Source of the DNA: a bacterium
GTDB taxonomy: Bacteria; Patescibacteriota; Dojkabacteria; JAKAPS01; JAJZLI01
Direction of reading: 5' to 3'
DNA length: 64,000 nt
Assembly: GCA_027459825.1 (NCBI GenBank)
Contig: DAIDGT010000003.1
Location: 1,277-65,276 of the forward strand
This document shows, piece after piece, positions 22,075-32,522 of this stretch. How positions within the stretch are numbered: the first letter of the stretch is position 1; each line of letters opens with the position of its first letter. The notes under the pieces are model-generated. The model did not search any database. It saw only the letters and a program-made list of their open reading frames with translations, and had not been told where the DNA came from. The translations under genes were made by a program, and so were the position numbers.

Positions 22075-22368
22075 TTAACTTATCCTATTTTTTCTTGATA
22101 TTGTATTTAGTATTTCGAGTATTATATATCCTGCAATAGAGTATACTATGATTGCAATGATTCCATTGGTATCCAGTGTGAAATAGTGAAAATTAATTGA
22201 CTTGAATAGCCCTTCAAATGGACTAACTAGAGGATCTGATGTTTTGTATATAAATTGTGCAATAATATTATTGGGATTTGCACCAAGTACTTCAAACAAC
22301 ACTCTGAATACTAGAAAAAACTCTATTATGGAGAATATTGTGTATATTACACTCTCTACTGTTTTCAT
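22075..22368 (-). CDS. YggT-family membrane protein
   Basis: FIYKTSDPLVSPF motif, TMs. Confidence 0.8.
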   Translation of the reverse strand: MKTVESVIYTIFSIIEFFLVFRVLFEVLGANPNNIIAQFIYKTSDPLVSPFEGLFKSINFHYFTLDTNGIIAIIVYSIAGYIILEILNTISRKNRIS

Positions 22369-22397
22369 AATATATAAATTATAACACAATATATTTT

Positions 22398-23618
22398 TTA
22401 TATATGCTTATTTTTTGCAATTAGTGCATATGTCTTTGCACTATTTTTTAATATTCTTTTTCCTTTTTCTATATATGCTAATCCAAATTTTGGTTTATAT
22501 CCCCATGCCCATTCAAAATTATCTACAAGTGTCCAGTAGAAATAACCTTTAATAGGGACGCCTTCATCTATCGCCTTTTTTATAAAACTTAGGTGTTGAA
22601 TAATAAATTCTGATCTTTTAGTATCTGTTGTATCTGATATTCCATTTTCTGTTATATATATATCTTTTTTGTACCTTTTGTATAGACATGTAGTTAAGTT
22701 ATATATACCCTTTGGATAAACTTCCCAATCTAGGACATCTTGTTTTTGATTTACCTCTTCATCTTGTACAGTTTCTAGAAATGGCATTTCCTTAGATAAA
22801 AAATGCAATTTTACTTTTTTGTGGAAATAGTAATTAAGTCCAATAAAATCCATATATTTTTTTATATTGTCAAGAAATGAATAATTCCATAGGAATGTAT
22901 ATATTTTCATTGGGTATTCACTAAATGTGTCATTTGTAGTTGCATCTACATTATTCTTCGCTATAGATATCTTAGGTTTTTCCCAGTTGTACTTCTTATA
23001 TATGTTATTGATCTTTATATATGCTTCTATATGAGCTCTTTCTAATACTCGTTTTACTTTGAAATATGTAAGGTAATTTTTTTCTCCAGGAGGCCATTCT
23101 CCAGATATATAACTAAGTACTCCTAAAAGTACTGGTTCGTTAATTGTTATCCAGAATTTCACCTTGTTTCCCAGATTTTCTACTACAAATTCTACAAATC
23201 TAGTGTAATACTTAATGTTTTTTCTGTTTTTAAAGCCTCCCTTTTTTTGCATCCATTCTGGTAAAGAGAAATGAAATAACGTAACAAATGGCTCTATATT
23301 TGAATCCTGTAGTTTTGTAATTAGGTCTTTATAATAATTTAGACCATCTATGTCCCATTTTCCTTCTTGAGGTTCAACCCTTGACCATTCAATTGATAGT
23401 CTATATGAATTTAAATTTAAAGATTTAATTAATTTAATGTCCTCGGTATATTGTGTATGTGAATTTAATATATCTGTTGCTTTTTCAATCCCTTTTTTAT
23501 CTGCCCACATATTCCAGTTGCTATGATTATTTCCTCCCTCTATCTGATATGCCGATGTTGCAACTCCCCATAGAAAGTCTTTAGGAAAGTTTCTCTTTGT
23601 ATCATTATTATTATTCAT
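22398..23618 (-). CDS. Glycoside hydrolase family 1 (beta-glucosidase)
   Basis: FLWGVATSAYQIEG, TINEP, ITENG, DNFEW. Confidence 0.95.
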   Translation of the reverse strand: MNNNNDTKRNFPKDFLWGVATSAYQIEGGNNHSNWNMWADKKGIEKATDILNSHTQYTEDIKLIKSLNLNSYRLSIEWSRVEPQEGKWDIDGLNYYKDLITKLQDSNIEPFVTLFHFSLPEWMQKKGGFKNRKNIKYYTRFVEFVVENLGNKVKFWITINEPVLLGVLSYISGEWPPGEKNYLTYFKVKRVLERAHIEAYIKINNIYKKYNWEKPKISIAKNNVDATTNDTFSEYPMKIYTFLWNYSFLDNIKKYMDFIGLNYYFHKKVKLHFLSKEMPFLETVQDEEVNQKQDVLDWEVYPKGIYNLTTCLYKRYKKDIYITENGISDTTDTKRSEFIIQHLSFIKKAIDEGVPIKGYFYWTLVDNFEWAWGYKPKFGLAYIEKGKRILKNSAKTYALIAKNKHI

Positions 23619-23857
23619 TATTTAGTCTTATTTATTAGTAACGTAAAGATGTACAGGGTGATACAAGCAAAAATTATCGATACTATGCTTGATATGATAT
23701 AACTTGTACTTATAAATGAAATTGAAAATGTTCCTCCTATTGTTGTTGCTACAATTCCTACAATTATATAGATATAAAGACTCCCGTGACTATTTGATTT
23801 AAGGGAGAATAGGTATCCAAGTATTATGCCTATTATTATATATATGAATACTCCCAT
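23618..23857 (-). CDS. GlsB/YeaQ/YmgE-like small membrane protein
   Basis: IIIGIILG...IIVGIVATTIGG pattern. Confidence 0.6.
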   Translation of the reverse strand: MGVFIYIIIGIILGYLFSLKSNSHGSLYIYIIVGIVATTIGGTFSISFISTSYIISSIVSIIFACITLYIFTLLINKTK

Positions 23858-23900
23858 GTGCTTTTATTATATTATGATCTGTATAAATTTAACAAGGAGA

Positions 23901-25721
23901 TTACTGTTTTGATTGTTTTTCCCTTTCATTTTTATCTAAAAATTTCTTCCTTAATCTGAGGTGGTCTGGTGTGATTTCTAAAAGTTCATCTTCATTTATA
24001 AAAGAAACCCCATACTCTATTGTAACTTCTATTTTGGGATTGAACACCATTGCATCTTCCTGTCCTTCTTTATGTATGTTTGTGAGATGTTTTTGTTTTG
24101 CGACATTTACTTCTATATCTTGATCATATTTATTTATTCCAACGATCATTCCTTTGTATATTCTTTCTTCTGGACCTATAAATAATATTCCTCTCTCCTG
24201 TGCGTTCATGATTCCGTATGCTGTTGATGTCCCATTATCTGATGCAAGTATAACTCCTTTTCTTTCCCTTTTTGCCGCAGATTTAAACTCTACTAAATCT
24301 AAGAATGAATGGTTTACTGTAGTTGTTCCTCTGGTCTGATTTAAAACTTCTGCTCTAAGACCAAATAAATTCTTTGTTAATATTTTGTAATAAAACCTTA
24401 CTCTACCTGAACCTTCATTAATCATGTTATCAAGTTCTGCTCCTCTTTTAGAACATATTGTAGTGATCTCTCCAATATATTCTTCATTTGTATCTATTAT
24501 TAATTCTTCTCTAACATCAAATTGTTTTCCATCTACTATTTTTACTATAGCCTCTGGTCTTGAGATTTGAAATTCATATCCCTCTCTTCTTAGTGTTTCT
24601 ATTAAAATGGAAAGATGGAGCTCTCCTCTACCTGATACATAAAATTGGTCTCCTGTAATCTCTAATTTCATTCCTACATTCTTCTCTAGTTCTTTTTGTA
24701 ACCTTGCGAGTAATTGTCTTGATGTTACAAACTTTCCTTCCTGTCCAGAGAAAGGTGAAGTATTTGCTTCAAATTTAATTTTGACTGCAGGTTCCTGTAT
24801 TTGTATATCAGGAAGCCTTTCGTTATGCCCAGGTTTTGTTATTGTATCTCCTATTTTTGCACTTTTTACTCCAACTATAGTTATTATTTCTCCGCTAAAA
24901 GCTTCTTCTCTTTCCTCTTTTTTTAGTCCATTATTTACAAGTATTTTGGATACTTTGAAATTTTCTGTACTATCTTCTTTGCCAAGGAGAGTAAGATTGT
25001 CTCCTGTCTTTGCTGTTCCTTGTAGTATTTTTCCTATAAATCCTGATCCAATGTAGCTGTCGTAGTCTATGGCAGATATTTGCATTAAGAATGGTGCCTC
25101 TTCTTTAACAGCAGGTGATGGAATGTGTTTAATTATTCCTTCAAAAAGTACCGTCATATCAGCGTTAGCTTCCATGTTGTCAGGCATACTTTCAAAAGCT
25201 TTACCATCTTTTGCAATAGCATAATATATTGGGAAGTCTAATTGGTCTTCTGTTTGTGCAAGTTCTAAGAAGAGGTCATATATTCTTGATAGTGTCTGAT
25301 CTATATTTGCTAATTTTTTATCTATCTTATTAATTACAACTATAATTTTCTTTTCCATTTCGAGTGCTTTTTTTAACACAAACCTTGTCTGAGGCATTGG
25401 CCCTTCTTGAGCATCAATTACAAGTAAACAACCATCTGCCATATTTAATGTTCTTTCAACCTCTCCTCCAAAGTCTGCATGTCCTGGTGTATCAATTATA
25501 TTGATTTTATATTCCTTGTATGGAATAGATATGTTTTTGGCTACAATAGTAATTCCTCTTTCTCTCTCAAGATCATTATTATCCATAATAAGGCTCTCTT
25601 GCATGATTGCCTCATTTTCCCTAAATATTCTTGATTGTTTTAGGAAACTATCTACCAAAGTTGTCTTTCCATGATCTACATGGGCAATAATGGCGATATT
25701 TCTTATCTTAGTTTTGTCCAT
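23901..25721 (-). CDS. typA: Translational GTPase TypA/BipA
   Basis: AHVDHGKTT, ERGITI, DTPGHADFGGEVER, GRGELHL, LRREGYE. Confidence 0.97.
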   Translation of the reverse strand: MDKTKIRNIAIIAHVDHGKTTLVDSFLKQSRIFRENEAIMQESLIMDNNDLERERGITIVAKNISIPYKEYKINIIDTPGHADFGGEVERTLNMADGCLLVIDAQEGPMPQTRFVLKKALEMEKKIIVVINKIDKKLANIDQTLSRIYDLFLELAQTEDQLDFPIYYAIAKDGKAFESMPDNMEANADMTVLFEGIIKHIPSPAVKEEAPFLMQISAIDYDSYIGSGFIGKILQGTAKTGDNLTLLGKEDSTENFKVSKILVNNGLKKEEREEAFSGEIITIVGVKSAKIGDTITKPGHNERLPDIQIQEPAVKIKFEANTSPFSGQEGKFVTSRQLLARLQKELEKNVGMKLEITGDQFYVSGRGELHLSILIETLRREGYEFQISRPEAIVKIVDGKQFDVREELIIDTNEEYIGEITTICSKRGAELDNMINEGSGRVRFYYKILTKNLFGLRAEVLNQTRGTTTVNHSFLDLVEFKSAAKRERKGVILASDNGTSTAYGIMNAQERGILFIGPEERIYKGMIVGINKYDQDIEVNVAKQKHLTNIHKEGQEDAMVFNPKIEVTIEYGVSFINEDELLEITPDHLRLRKKFLDKNEREKQSKQ

Positions 25722-25809
25722 ATTTTAATAAAAATAATTGCATATTATAACAAATATATGCATTTTGTGAAAGTTATAGGTTTGCGTTATGGGATTTCAA
25801 CAAAGAATT

Positions 25810-26010
25810 TCACTCTTTGATGTATTTATACTCAAAACAAAATCCAGATAAAGCTGTTGCTATTATATATGCCCCAATTATGCTTATAACTATTTTAAAA
25901 ACTATTTCAACAAAAGATAGCCCGACTGAAATAACCAAAATTCCTAATAGTAGCCTGACTAGTCTTTCTGTATATCCTAAGTTCTTTTTTATGTCAAACT
26001 TGTTTTTCAT
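25810..26010 (-). CDS. DUF2892/YgaP-like membrane protein
   Basis: KNLGYTERLVR...TALSGFC pattern. Confidence 0.75.
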   Translation of the reverse strand: MKNKFDIKKNLGYTERLVRLLLGILVISVGLSFVEIVFKIVISIIGAYIIATALSGFCFEYKYIKE

Positions 26011-26063
26011 CACTTCTCAATGTTAACATTTTTTTATCTTATGTTACAATATGTCTTTATAGT

Positions 26064-26921
26064 ATGGTTGGTATTGTATTTATTGTTTTAATATATTCGC
26101 TAGGTCTTGGAATTGTTCATGGTATTACACCTGATGAGCATACATGGCCTATTACTTTTAGTTACGCTATTGGATCTTTTAGTGCAAAAAAAGGTTTTTA
26201 TGTAGGATTTCTTTTTTCCCTTGCTTTTGCTATTCAGCGCGCAATTGCATCTGAAATAGCTTATTTTGCTCTGATAAAGTGGTCTGATATAGCTTACTTA
26301 AACTATTATTTGTATATTGTGATTGGCCTTATCATGCTTTTTACGGGAATGTATGTTTTAAGGTTTAATAGGATTTTTCACATAGAGATTTTGCCTGCAT
26401 CGTGGATTGGTAAAAAGGATAGGCATGAAATTGATACAGATCCTAGAACCCCTACGCCTAAAATGGCCCTTCTTCATGGTTTTATTGCTGGATGGGGGTT
26501 CGGTTCTTTCGCTTTAATACTTTATACTGTCCTTGTTCCTAGGATGCCTAGTTTCTACTTGGCTTTTCTTCCTGGACTTTTCTTTGGAATAGGTACTATG
26601 TTGGTTCAGGCAGCATTCGGATATATTTTTGGTAGATGGATTAGAAGTATGAAAATATCCGAAAAACAGGGATTGAGACTTGCATCTATCGTTTCTGGAG
26701 ATACATTATTTGGAGGAGGAATTGTCTTTATACTTGGAGGACTTCTTGGTCTTATATTCCCAAATATTGCAAATCTTGCAATAATAACCCCAATTAATGT
26801 TGGAAATTTAAATGAGCTTGGTCTTGCTTTTGTAATGGTTGTAGCTACAGTGCTATTTATTGGTCTTGGTTCTATGTTTTATCACGTACATAAACTTCAG
26901 GAGGAATATGGCAAAAAATAA
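26064..26921 (+). CDS. NiCoT/RcnA/UreH-like (LysE superfamily) membrane protein
   Basis: GIVHGITPDEH motif in TM1; 7-8 TMs. Confidence 0.55.
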   Translation: MVGIVFIVLIYSLGLGIVHGITPDEHTWPITFSYAIGSFSAKKGFYVGFLFSLAFAIQRAIASEIAYFALIKWSDIAYLNYYLYIVIGLIMLFTGMYVLRFNRIFHIEILPASWIGKKDRHEIDTDPRTPTPKMALLHGFIAGWGFGSFALILYTVLVPRMPSFYLAFLPGLFFGIGTMLVQAAFGYIFGRWIRSMKISEKQGLRLASIVSGDTLFGGGIVFILGGLLGLIFPNIANLAIITPINVGNLNELGLAFVMVVATVLFIGLGSMFYHVHKLQEEYGKK

Positions 26922-27870
26922 CTTATTTTCTTTTTCGAAGAAAGACTTGGATTTTTATTCAGATAAGATTTGTTCTCTTATTGACTCTTGGAAAATGGAT
27001 GATTCAACTTTTAAGATTTCTGATATAGCCAATAATAGTTCTTCTCAAAATATTCTTGGGTTTGGTGGATCTCATGTTTATTATTCACAGGTTGATAACC
27101 TGCAGATTTTAAAAAGTCTTGATCTGTATGCATACTCTGATTATTTTAAAGATTCTATCGCAGTAGGTTTTGAAAATGGTTTCCTTGAAAAAAATATGAA
27201 ATCTTTGAATGTTATATTTTCCTTTCCATCAAAATCTACAAGAATAGATAAGGATAGTGTAGATGAAATTTATAATGGAGTTTATGTAAAAACGCTTCCT
27301 TTTGAACAGAAAGAATTTTCTGTTACAGGTAAATTAAAAAAATATTTTGATCAAAATACCAAATTTAAAATTTTTAATGATACTCCTGCTGTCAATTTTT
27401 TTAATATATTTAAGAATAAAAAAAGTGATTTATATCTAGGTGTCGTTTCCGGTACAGGGATTAATATTTCATGTACTATTGATGGAAAAATTATAAATAC
27501 AGAATTTGGGGGAAGAGACATATTTGATAAAAATGAATATGATATCCTAATTGATAAGGAAAGTATTAATCCGAACCTTGAGTGTACTGAAAAATTGGCA
27601 TCATATCCCTTCTTGCAAAAAATGCATACAAAATACAATATACCTATGGATGTTTTAGTTAAAAGATCTGCTGGGGTTATTGCATCAGGTGTGATTGGAT
27701 TTATAAAGTATACAAAAGCTAAGAGTATTAGTGTTTGTTTCCAAGGATCTTTTGTTTGTAAAGATGATAACTATTTTAAATATATTTCTGATTTTATTGA
27801 TAGTACAGAATACAAAGTTTCTATTTTAAGGGAAAATAAGGCAGACATACTAGGAGCTTCTTTAGTTTAA
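26908..27870 (+). CDS. Hexokinase-like protein (eukaryote-type fold, divergent)
   Basis: FSFP, FNDT, GVVSGTGIN, IINTEFG, IDKESINP, EKLAS, QGS. Confidence 0.7.
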   Translation: MAKNNLFSFSKKDLDFYSDKICSLIDSWKMDDSTFKISDIANNSSSQNILGFGGSHVYYSQVDNLQILKSLDLYAYSDYFKDSIAVGFENGFLEKNMKSLNVIFSFPSKSTRIDKDSVDEIYNGVYVKTLPFEQKEFSVTGKLKKYFDQNTKFKIFNDTPAVNFFNIFKNKKSDLYLGVVSGTGINISCTIDGKIINTEFGGRDIFDKNEYDILIDKESINPNLECTEKLASYPFLQKMHTKYNIPMDVLVKRSAGVIASGVIGFIKYTKAKSISVCFQGSFVCKDDNYFKYISDFIDSTEYKVSILRENKADILGASLV

Positions 27871-28199
27871 ACCTTTATCTCATCAATCTTTGAAGCAAGT
27901 ATAAAATCATTCATTGATAGCCCTCCTATTGCATGTGTATACAATTTGATTTTTACTTTATTCCATTCAAATAGGAGTATATCAGGATGATGTCCTTCTT
28001 CTTCTGCAATTTTTGCAATCTTATTTATAAAATCAATTGCAGATATGAAATCTTTGAACTTGTAATGTTTATATATTTTAATATAGTCTTTGCTCTTCCA
28101 TCCAGATAGAATCTGAAGATATTTCTCTGTTTCTGACTTAGATAGAGGCTCTTCTCCTCCTTCACATGGTTTACATTTCTGTAAAGATAGCTCTTTCAT
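27867..28199 (-). CDS. Pterin-4-alpha-carbinolamine dehydratase
   Basis: CKPCEG, AEEEGHHPD, THAIGGLS.NDFILA. Confidence 0.92.
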   Translation of the reverse strand: MKELSLQKCKPCEGGEEPLSKSETEKYLQILSGWKSKDYIKIYKHYKFKDFISAIDFINKIAKIAEEEGHHPDILLFEWNKVKIKLYTHAIGGLSMNDFILASKIDEIKV

Positions 28200-28242
28200 A
28201 TATGTCTGTATTATAATATATGTACTTTAAGTTTTATATATT

Positions 28243-28572
28243 ATGATTATTGTTATCGATAAGAAAGCAACAAATGATCAGATAATGCAAATGCTTATGC
28301 AGTTTGGTACATATATTAAGGTTGTTATAGATATAGATCAAGAAATATTAGCGGGAGGTGAGGATCGTCACTTTGATGCAGAGCAGTTGCTTTTGGGTAG
28401 AGGTAGTCGTCAGAGTTCTTTATGGGGTGGTGGTGTAGATTGGGAGAGCAAAGTTATAGATTTTAATTCAATAATAAATTTGAGACCTAGTTATGGTAAT
28501 CCCAGTCGGGATATTTTAGATATCAATATAAGAAATAAGTTTGAATCTATTTTGAAAAGTTTCCTTTTATGA
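28243..28572 (+). CDS. DUF5674-like protein
   Basis: IKVVIDI...LAGG...H.DAE..LL..GS.Q..LWG, INLRP. Confidence 0.75.
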   Translation: MIIVIDKKATNDQIMQMLMQFGTYIKVVIDIDQEILAGGEDRHFDAEQLLLGRGSRQSSLWGGGVDWESKVIDFNSIINLRPSYGNPSRDILDINIRNKFESILKSFLL

Positions 28573-28883
28573 TGAGTGAAAAAGATTTAATACTTGATAT
28601 TGCAATGAACCTTACTAGAATTGGAGATTGGGTCCTTGAGGACTACCCCATGAAAGTAAATAGCATAAAGGTTTTTTTAAAACAAACTTCTGATTACATA
28701 TCAAAAGTTGACAAGAATTCTAAAAAATTTCAAAGATTTAAAGATACATTTATTAGGTTTAGTAGGGAATACCCTCTGATGGAGTCTGCAATTTTGTTGA
28801 CGACACAAGGAAATCCTGTAATAGCTGAGCGTTTAATGACTTGGGGGAATATTCTCACTGCAGAGTCCAGTCTCATCCAGTAA
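28569..28883 (+). CDS. Helical hypothetical protein
   Basis: 4-nt overlap with DUF5674 gene; IAMNLTRIG...AERLMTWGNIL. Confidence 0.65.
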   Translation: MMSEKDLILDIAMNLTRIGDWVLEDYPMKVNSIKVFLKQTSDYISKVDKNSKKFQRFKDTFIRFSREYPLMESAILLTTQGNPVIAERLMTWGNILTAESSLIQ

Positions 28884-28896
28884 TAAATATTGTTGT

Positions 28897-28925
28897 TTGA
28901 CCTCAAATATATTTTTTGTTAGTAT
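28897..28925 (+). promoter_or_regulatory. Promoter TTGACC-17-TAGTAT with extended TG, 9 nt before the sod ATG
   Basis: Spacing read directly; no SD. Confidence 0.55.
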
Positions 28926-28934
28926 AAACGTGTT

Positions 28935-29525
28935 ATGTTAAATCCAATTGTTGCAAAACCATTAAAAGAATCTTTGCTTTCAATGAAAGGTTTTTCAAAG
29001 AGGGCGGTTGAAGAGCATTATAAGCTTTATAATGGTTATGTAAAAAAATATAATGAGATTGCAGATAAGCTCAAAAATGTAGATTTATCTAGCGCAAATC
29101 AAACATATAGTGATTTAAGATCCTTAAAGACAGAATTAACATTTGCTATTGGTGGAGTAAAAAATCATGAAATCTATTTTGATATTTTGGGGGGTGCAGG
29201 TAGTACTCCTGGAGAAATGACTCGTTCTATTCAAGGATGGGGTAATTTGGATGAATTTAAGGCTGAAGTAAAGGCAACTGGTCTTGCTGCGAGAGGTTGG
29301 GTTTGGTTTGCTTATGATCACGATAGAGATTTTTACTTTATTTATCTTGGTGATGCTCAAAATACTTATCCTGTATGGAATGCTACACCTGTGTTTGCTC
29401 TTGATACTTATGAGCATGCTTATTGGATGGACTTTGGTTCTGATAGAGGTGCTTATATAGATGCCTTTTTTGAGAATGTTGACTGGAACGAAATTGAAAA
29501 TAGAGTTGCTGCAGTAAAAAAATAA
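28935..29525 (+). CDS. Fe/Mn superoxide dismutase
   Basis: HYKLY.GYV, NHEIYF, DTYEHAY metal ligands. Confidence 0.93.
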   Translation: MLNPIVAKPLKESLLSMKGFSKRAVEEHYKLYNGYVKKYNEIADKLKNVDLSSANQTYSDLRSLKTELTFAIGGVKNHEIYFDILGGAGSTPGEMTRSIQGWGNLDEFKAEVKATGLAARGWVWFAYDHDRDFYFIYLGDAQNTYPVWNATPVFALDTYEHAYWMDFGSDRGAYIDAFFENVDWNEIENRVAAVKK

Positions 29526-30230
29526 TTACTGATAAATCCTTTTTATAGTTTTTAAATGTTTTAGGTAATCAAGTGCTTCTTTTATTCCCATTTTAGATTT
29601 ACCATTTATCCTGTCTGAAAAATGTATAGGAATCTCTTTTACTTTGTATCTTTTTTTGTAAAAATAGTAGAGTATTTCTACTTGGAATAGGTATCCATTT
29701 GACCTGATGTTTTTTATAAAATTTATGGGTAAACATTTGGTGTTTATAATTTTGAATCCTGCAGTGCAATCCTTATATGGTATTCTCAATATAAATTTGG
29801 TTAAAATATTTCCTATTTTTGAATTTAGTTTACGATATATTCCCCAATCTTTAGGAATGGAGCCTCCATTTATATACCTTGATCCTATAACAATATCATA
29901 TTTTTGAATTTCATTTATTAACCTTTTTATATCCTTAGGATTATGAGATAAGTCAGCATCCATTTGGATTATGTAGTCTGCTTTCATGTTCTCTTTTGCA
30001 TATAGAAATCCTCTTTTGTACGCCTCTCCCAAGCCTTTCTTTTCTCCAGTTATAAGATGAATATTTTTGTATGTCTTTTGTATCTGCTTAATTTTTTTTC
30101 CTGTACCATCAGGTGAGTTGTCATCCACGAAAAGGATAGAAATATCTTTATTATATTTAAATACTTCCTTTACAAGTCTTTCTATATTATCTATTTCATT
30201 ATATGTAGGGATTACAATAATTATATTCAT
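29526..30230 (-). CDS. Polyprenol-monophosphomannose synthase-like GT2
   Basis: IPTYNE, VDDNSPDGT, QMDADLSH, GSRY, GYLFQVE. Confidence 0.9.
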   Translation of the reverse strand: MNIIIVIPTYNEIDNIERLVKEVFKYNKDISILFVDDNSPDGTGKKIKQIQKTYKNIHLITGEKKGLGEAYKRGFLYAKENMKADYIIQMDADLSHNPKDIKRLINEIQKYDIVIGSRYINGGSIPKDWGIYRKLNSKIGNILTKFILRIPYKDCTAGFKIINTKCLPINFIKNIRSNGYLFQVEILYYFYKKRYKVKEIPIHFSDRINGKSKMGIKEALDYLKHLKTIKRIYQ

Positions 30231-31019
30231 TTATATTGTATTTAAAATTTTTAGAAAATTATTGAAAAAATCTGATTTTTCAAATCTAAATACCATGTAA
30301 GTTGAAAATAGATTCTCAAATCCTAATTTTGTATACATGTTTGTAGTTATTTTATCTCCATAGTGTTGAAGTATTATTTCCTTTTTAGATGTATTATTGA
30401 TTGCATACTGACTGATTGCTTTGCCATAACCTTTTCCTTTGTATTTAGGTATTACTGCAACGGAATGGAGCATTCCTGTCCCGTTGTACTCAACAATACC
30501 TGATATACAAATAGCCTTACCATCTTTATATCCGATATATGCCTTGCTTATATCTTTGTAATTTTTATTTAATAGTTTTGTTTTGAGCATTTTTTCGTAA
30601 GATTTGCTTGGATCCTTCCATGTACTAGTAAAAATATTAATAAAATCATTGACTTGGTTTAAATTATTTACCTTTTCTATTTGAAGATCAGTTTCTATGT
30701 GATATCTATGTTTTTGAGTTTTCATCCAGTAGCATGGTACACTTTTTTTATACCCTCTTTTAAAGAGAATATTCTCTAAATAGGTATTTTCACCAGTAAT
30801 TTGGATAAAAGATGGGCGTCTTTCATTTTCATAAAAGTTATTCTCTATACTTTTAATAAGAGGGAGTATATCTTTTTTGGGGTATATGTTGTGAGCAGCA
30901 TTCCAATATACTCTTTTGTCTATATTTGAAAAAAACATTGTGTAATCAAGGCATTTTTCTATTTTATCTAAAAACAGGGAACGATATCCATTTTCAAAAA
31001 TCTCTATATATCTATTCAT
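30231..31019 (-). CDS. GNAT acetyltransferase
   Basis: VAVIPKYKGKGYG motif A, YTKLGF. Confidence 0.85.
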   Translation of the reverse strand: MNRYIEIFENGYRSLFLDKIEKCLDYTMFFSNIDKRVYWNAAHNIYPKKDILPLIKSIENNFYENERRPSFIQITGENTYLENILFKRGYKKSVPCYWMKTQKHRYHIETDLQIEKVNNLNQVNDFINIFTSTWKDPSKSYEKMLKTKLLNKNYKDISKAYIGYKDGKAICISGIVEYNGTGMLHSVAVIPKYKGKGYGKAISQYAINNTSKKEIILQHYGDKITTNMYTKLGFENLFSTYMVFRFEKSDFFNNFLKILNTI

Positions 31020-31053
31020 GATTTTTTATATGGCTATTCTCTCAGAATTTATT

Positions 31054-31833
31054 TTATTCTGCAATATAATAGCTTTGTACATCTTTTTTTGTTTTAGAAA
31101 CATATATTACCAATATTATGATAAAGATAGTTAGTGTTATTGCAACTGTGGCTCTACCAAAGCCCAGTCCTCCAAAATTATGTGAGACACCGAAGTAATC
31201 TGCAAAGGATGCGCCTAGAGGACGGGTTAGTGTATACGATATCCAGAAAGCTAGTATTGGATTAAGTTTAAATTTTAATGTAGCTATTCCTGGAGTAAAA
31301 AATAGTATAGTAAATATTATTCCTGATAGTAGGTACCCCCATCCAAATGTTACTGCCGTCATATCTCCTGTTGCTGTGCCTAATGCAAATGTAAAGAATA
31401 CTGTTGCCCAGTAAAATATTTCTCTCCTTATGGTATGAATACTATGGATTGATAATGTTTTCTCACTAACATACCACACTGTAAATGTAATTATTAGCAT
31501 AATCCCATAAAATATTGTAGATGCTGCATATGGGATTTGTAAGACTATATGTACTGCATCTGCAGCCATTGTTCCAAATACACTTACCATTACTACTGCA
31601 AACCAATAAACCCATGCAATATATCTTTTAGATTTAAGTTGTATGTATATTGATATTCCGAGAACTATTCCTGACACTATTACTGCAATAAAAGGGTTGA
31701 TATGATGTACAAAAAAATCTGAAGTTGCCTCTCCCATTGCTGTAGAAAGTAATTTTAATATCCAAAAATATATTGTTATTTTGGGTACTTTAGTTAATGT
31801 TCGCCATCCACGATGTTTTATATTTATAAGCAT
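31054..31833 (-). CDS. COG4705-family membrane protein
   Basis: KVPKIT..FW..K.LST.MGE.TSD, GTMAAD, LTRPLGASFAD. Confidence 0.85.
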   Translation of the reverse strand: MLINIKHRGWRTLTKVPKITIYFWILKLLSTAMGEATSDFFVHHINPFIAVIVSGIVLGISIYIQLKSKRYIAWVYWFAVVMVSVFGTMAADAVHIVLQIPYAASTIFYGIMLIITFTVWYVSEKTLSIHSIHTIRREIFYWATVFFTFALGTATGDMTAVTFGWGYLLSGIIFTILFFTPGIATLKFKLNPILAFWISYTLTRPLGASFADYFGVSHNFGGLGFGRATVAITLTIFIIILVIYVSKTKKDVQSYYIAE

Positions 31834-32057
31834 AATATTTCCATATTTTTTATTAAAAATTATATATCAGAACTAATTATTTTTCTTGTTGTATGCTAAA
31901 AATTACCTTGTATGAAGTAATTAGAAATTATGATAGTAAATCTGATAGGAAGGAGTAATGCAATGAACTTAGGGGTGTCTAACCATACAACAATAGAAGA
32001 CATAAAAAATCTGGGATATTAGAAATATCAAGAATGATAATTAATATTATTTAATAG

Positions 32058-32522
32058 TTAACGAAATATATTTTCTAATTTATTGAGACTTTGGTTCCAT
32101 CCTTCACTCATGCCATTTATTGCATCATTTGCCTTAGTAGTGACTTTTGTAACTTCTATATGGAAAGTCATCTTAGTGATAGTGTTAATATTTTCTAATG
32201 TAACAGTATTTGTACTTTCTATGTTTGGAGTTCCATCTTCATCATATACTGCCCCTCCTTTCCATTCAATAAATGTAGGCCTGGTTATTTTCGTAAAATG
32301 CCCCTTCATTGGCCATTCTTGTCCTGCTAAATAACCTAATTCTTTTCCTGCTAACATTACTATGTATATTTTTCCATTCTCTTTTGGGTCTATTTCACAT
32401 ATTGGGATTGTTACTCCATTTGGTCCCCACCATTGAGTTATTATTTGAGGAGTTAACCATGCCTCAAAGACTTTGTCTATTGAAGCATGGTATGTTTTTA
32501 CTATTGTTAATTCTTTTTTCAC
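32058..32522 (-). CDS. SRPBCC/AHSA1-domain protein
   Basis: VFEAW...WWGP, GMSEGWNQSL.KL. Confidence 0.88.
   Translation of the reverse strand: MKKELTIVKTYHASIDKVFEAWLTPQIITQWWGPNGVTIPICEIDPKENGKIYIVMLAGKELGYLAGQEWPMKGHFTKITRPTFIEWKGGAVYDEDGTPNIESTNTVTLENINTITKMTFHIEVTKVTTKANDAINGMSEGWNQSLNKLENIFR

Noticed and set aside
21971..22078. 35-codon ORF after a TATACT box
   Set aside because: It has a plausible promoter context but no recognisable motif, so it cannot be supported as a gene
31930..32022. 30-codon ORF MIVNLIGRSNAMNLGVSNHTTIEDIKNLGY, possibly a decayed gene fragment
   Set aside because: Too short to assign by eye; BLASTX of 31850-32050 would be needed
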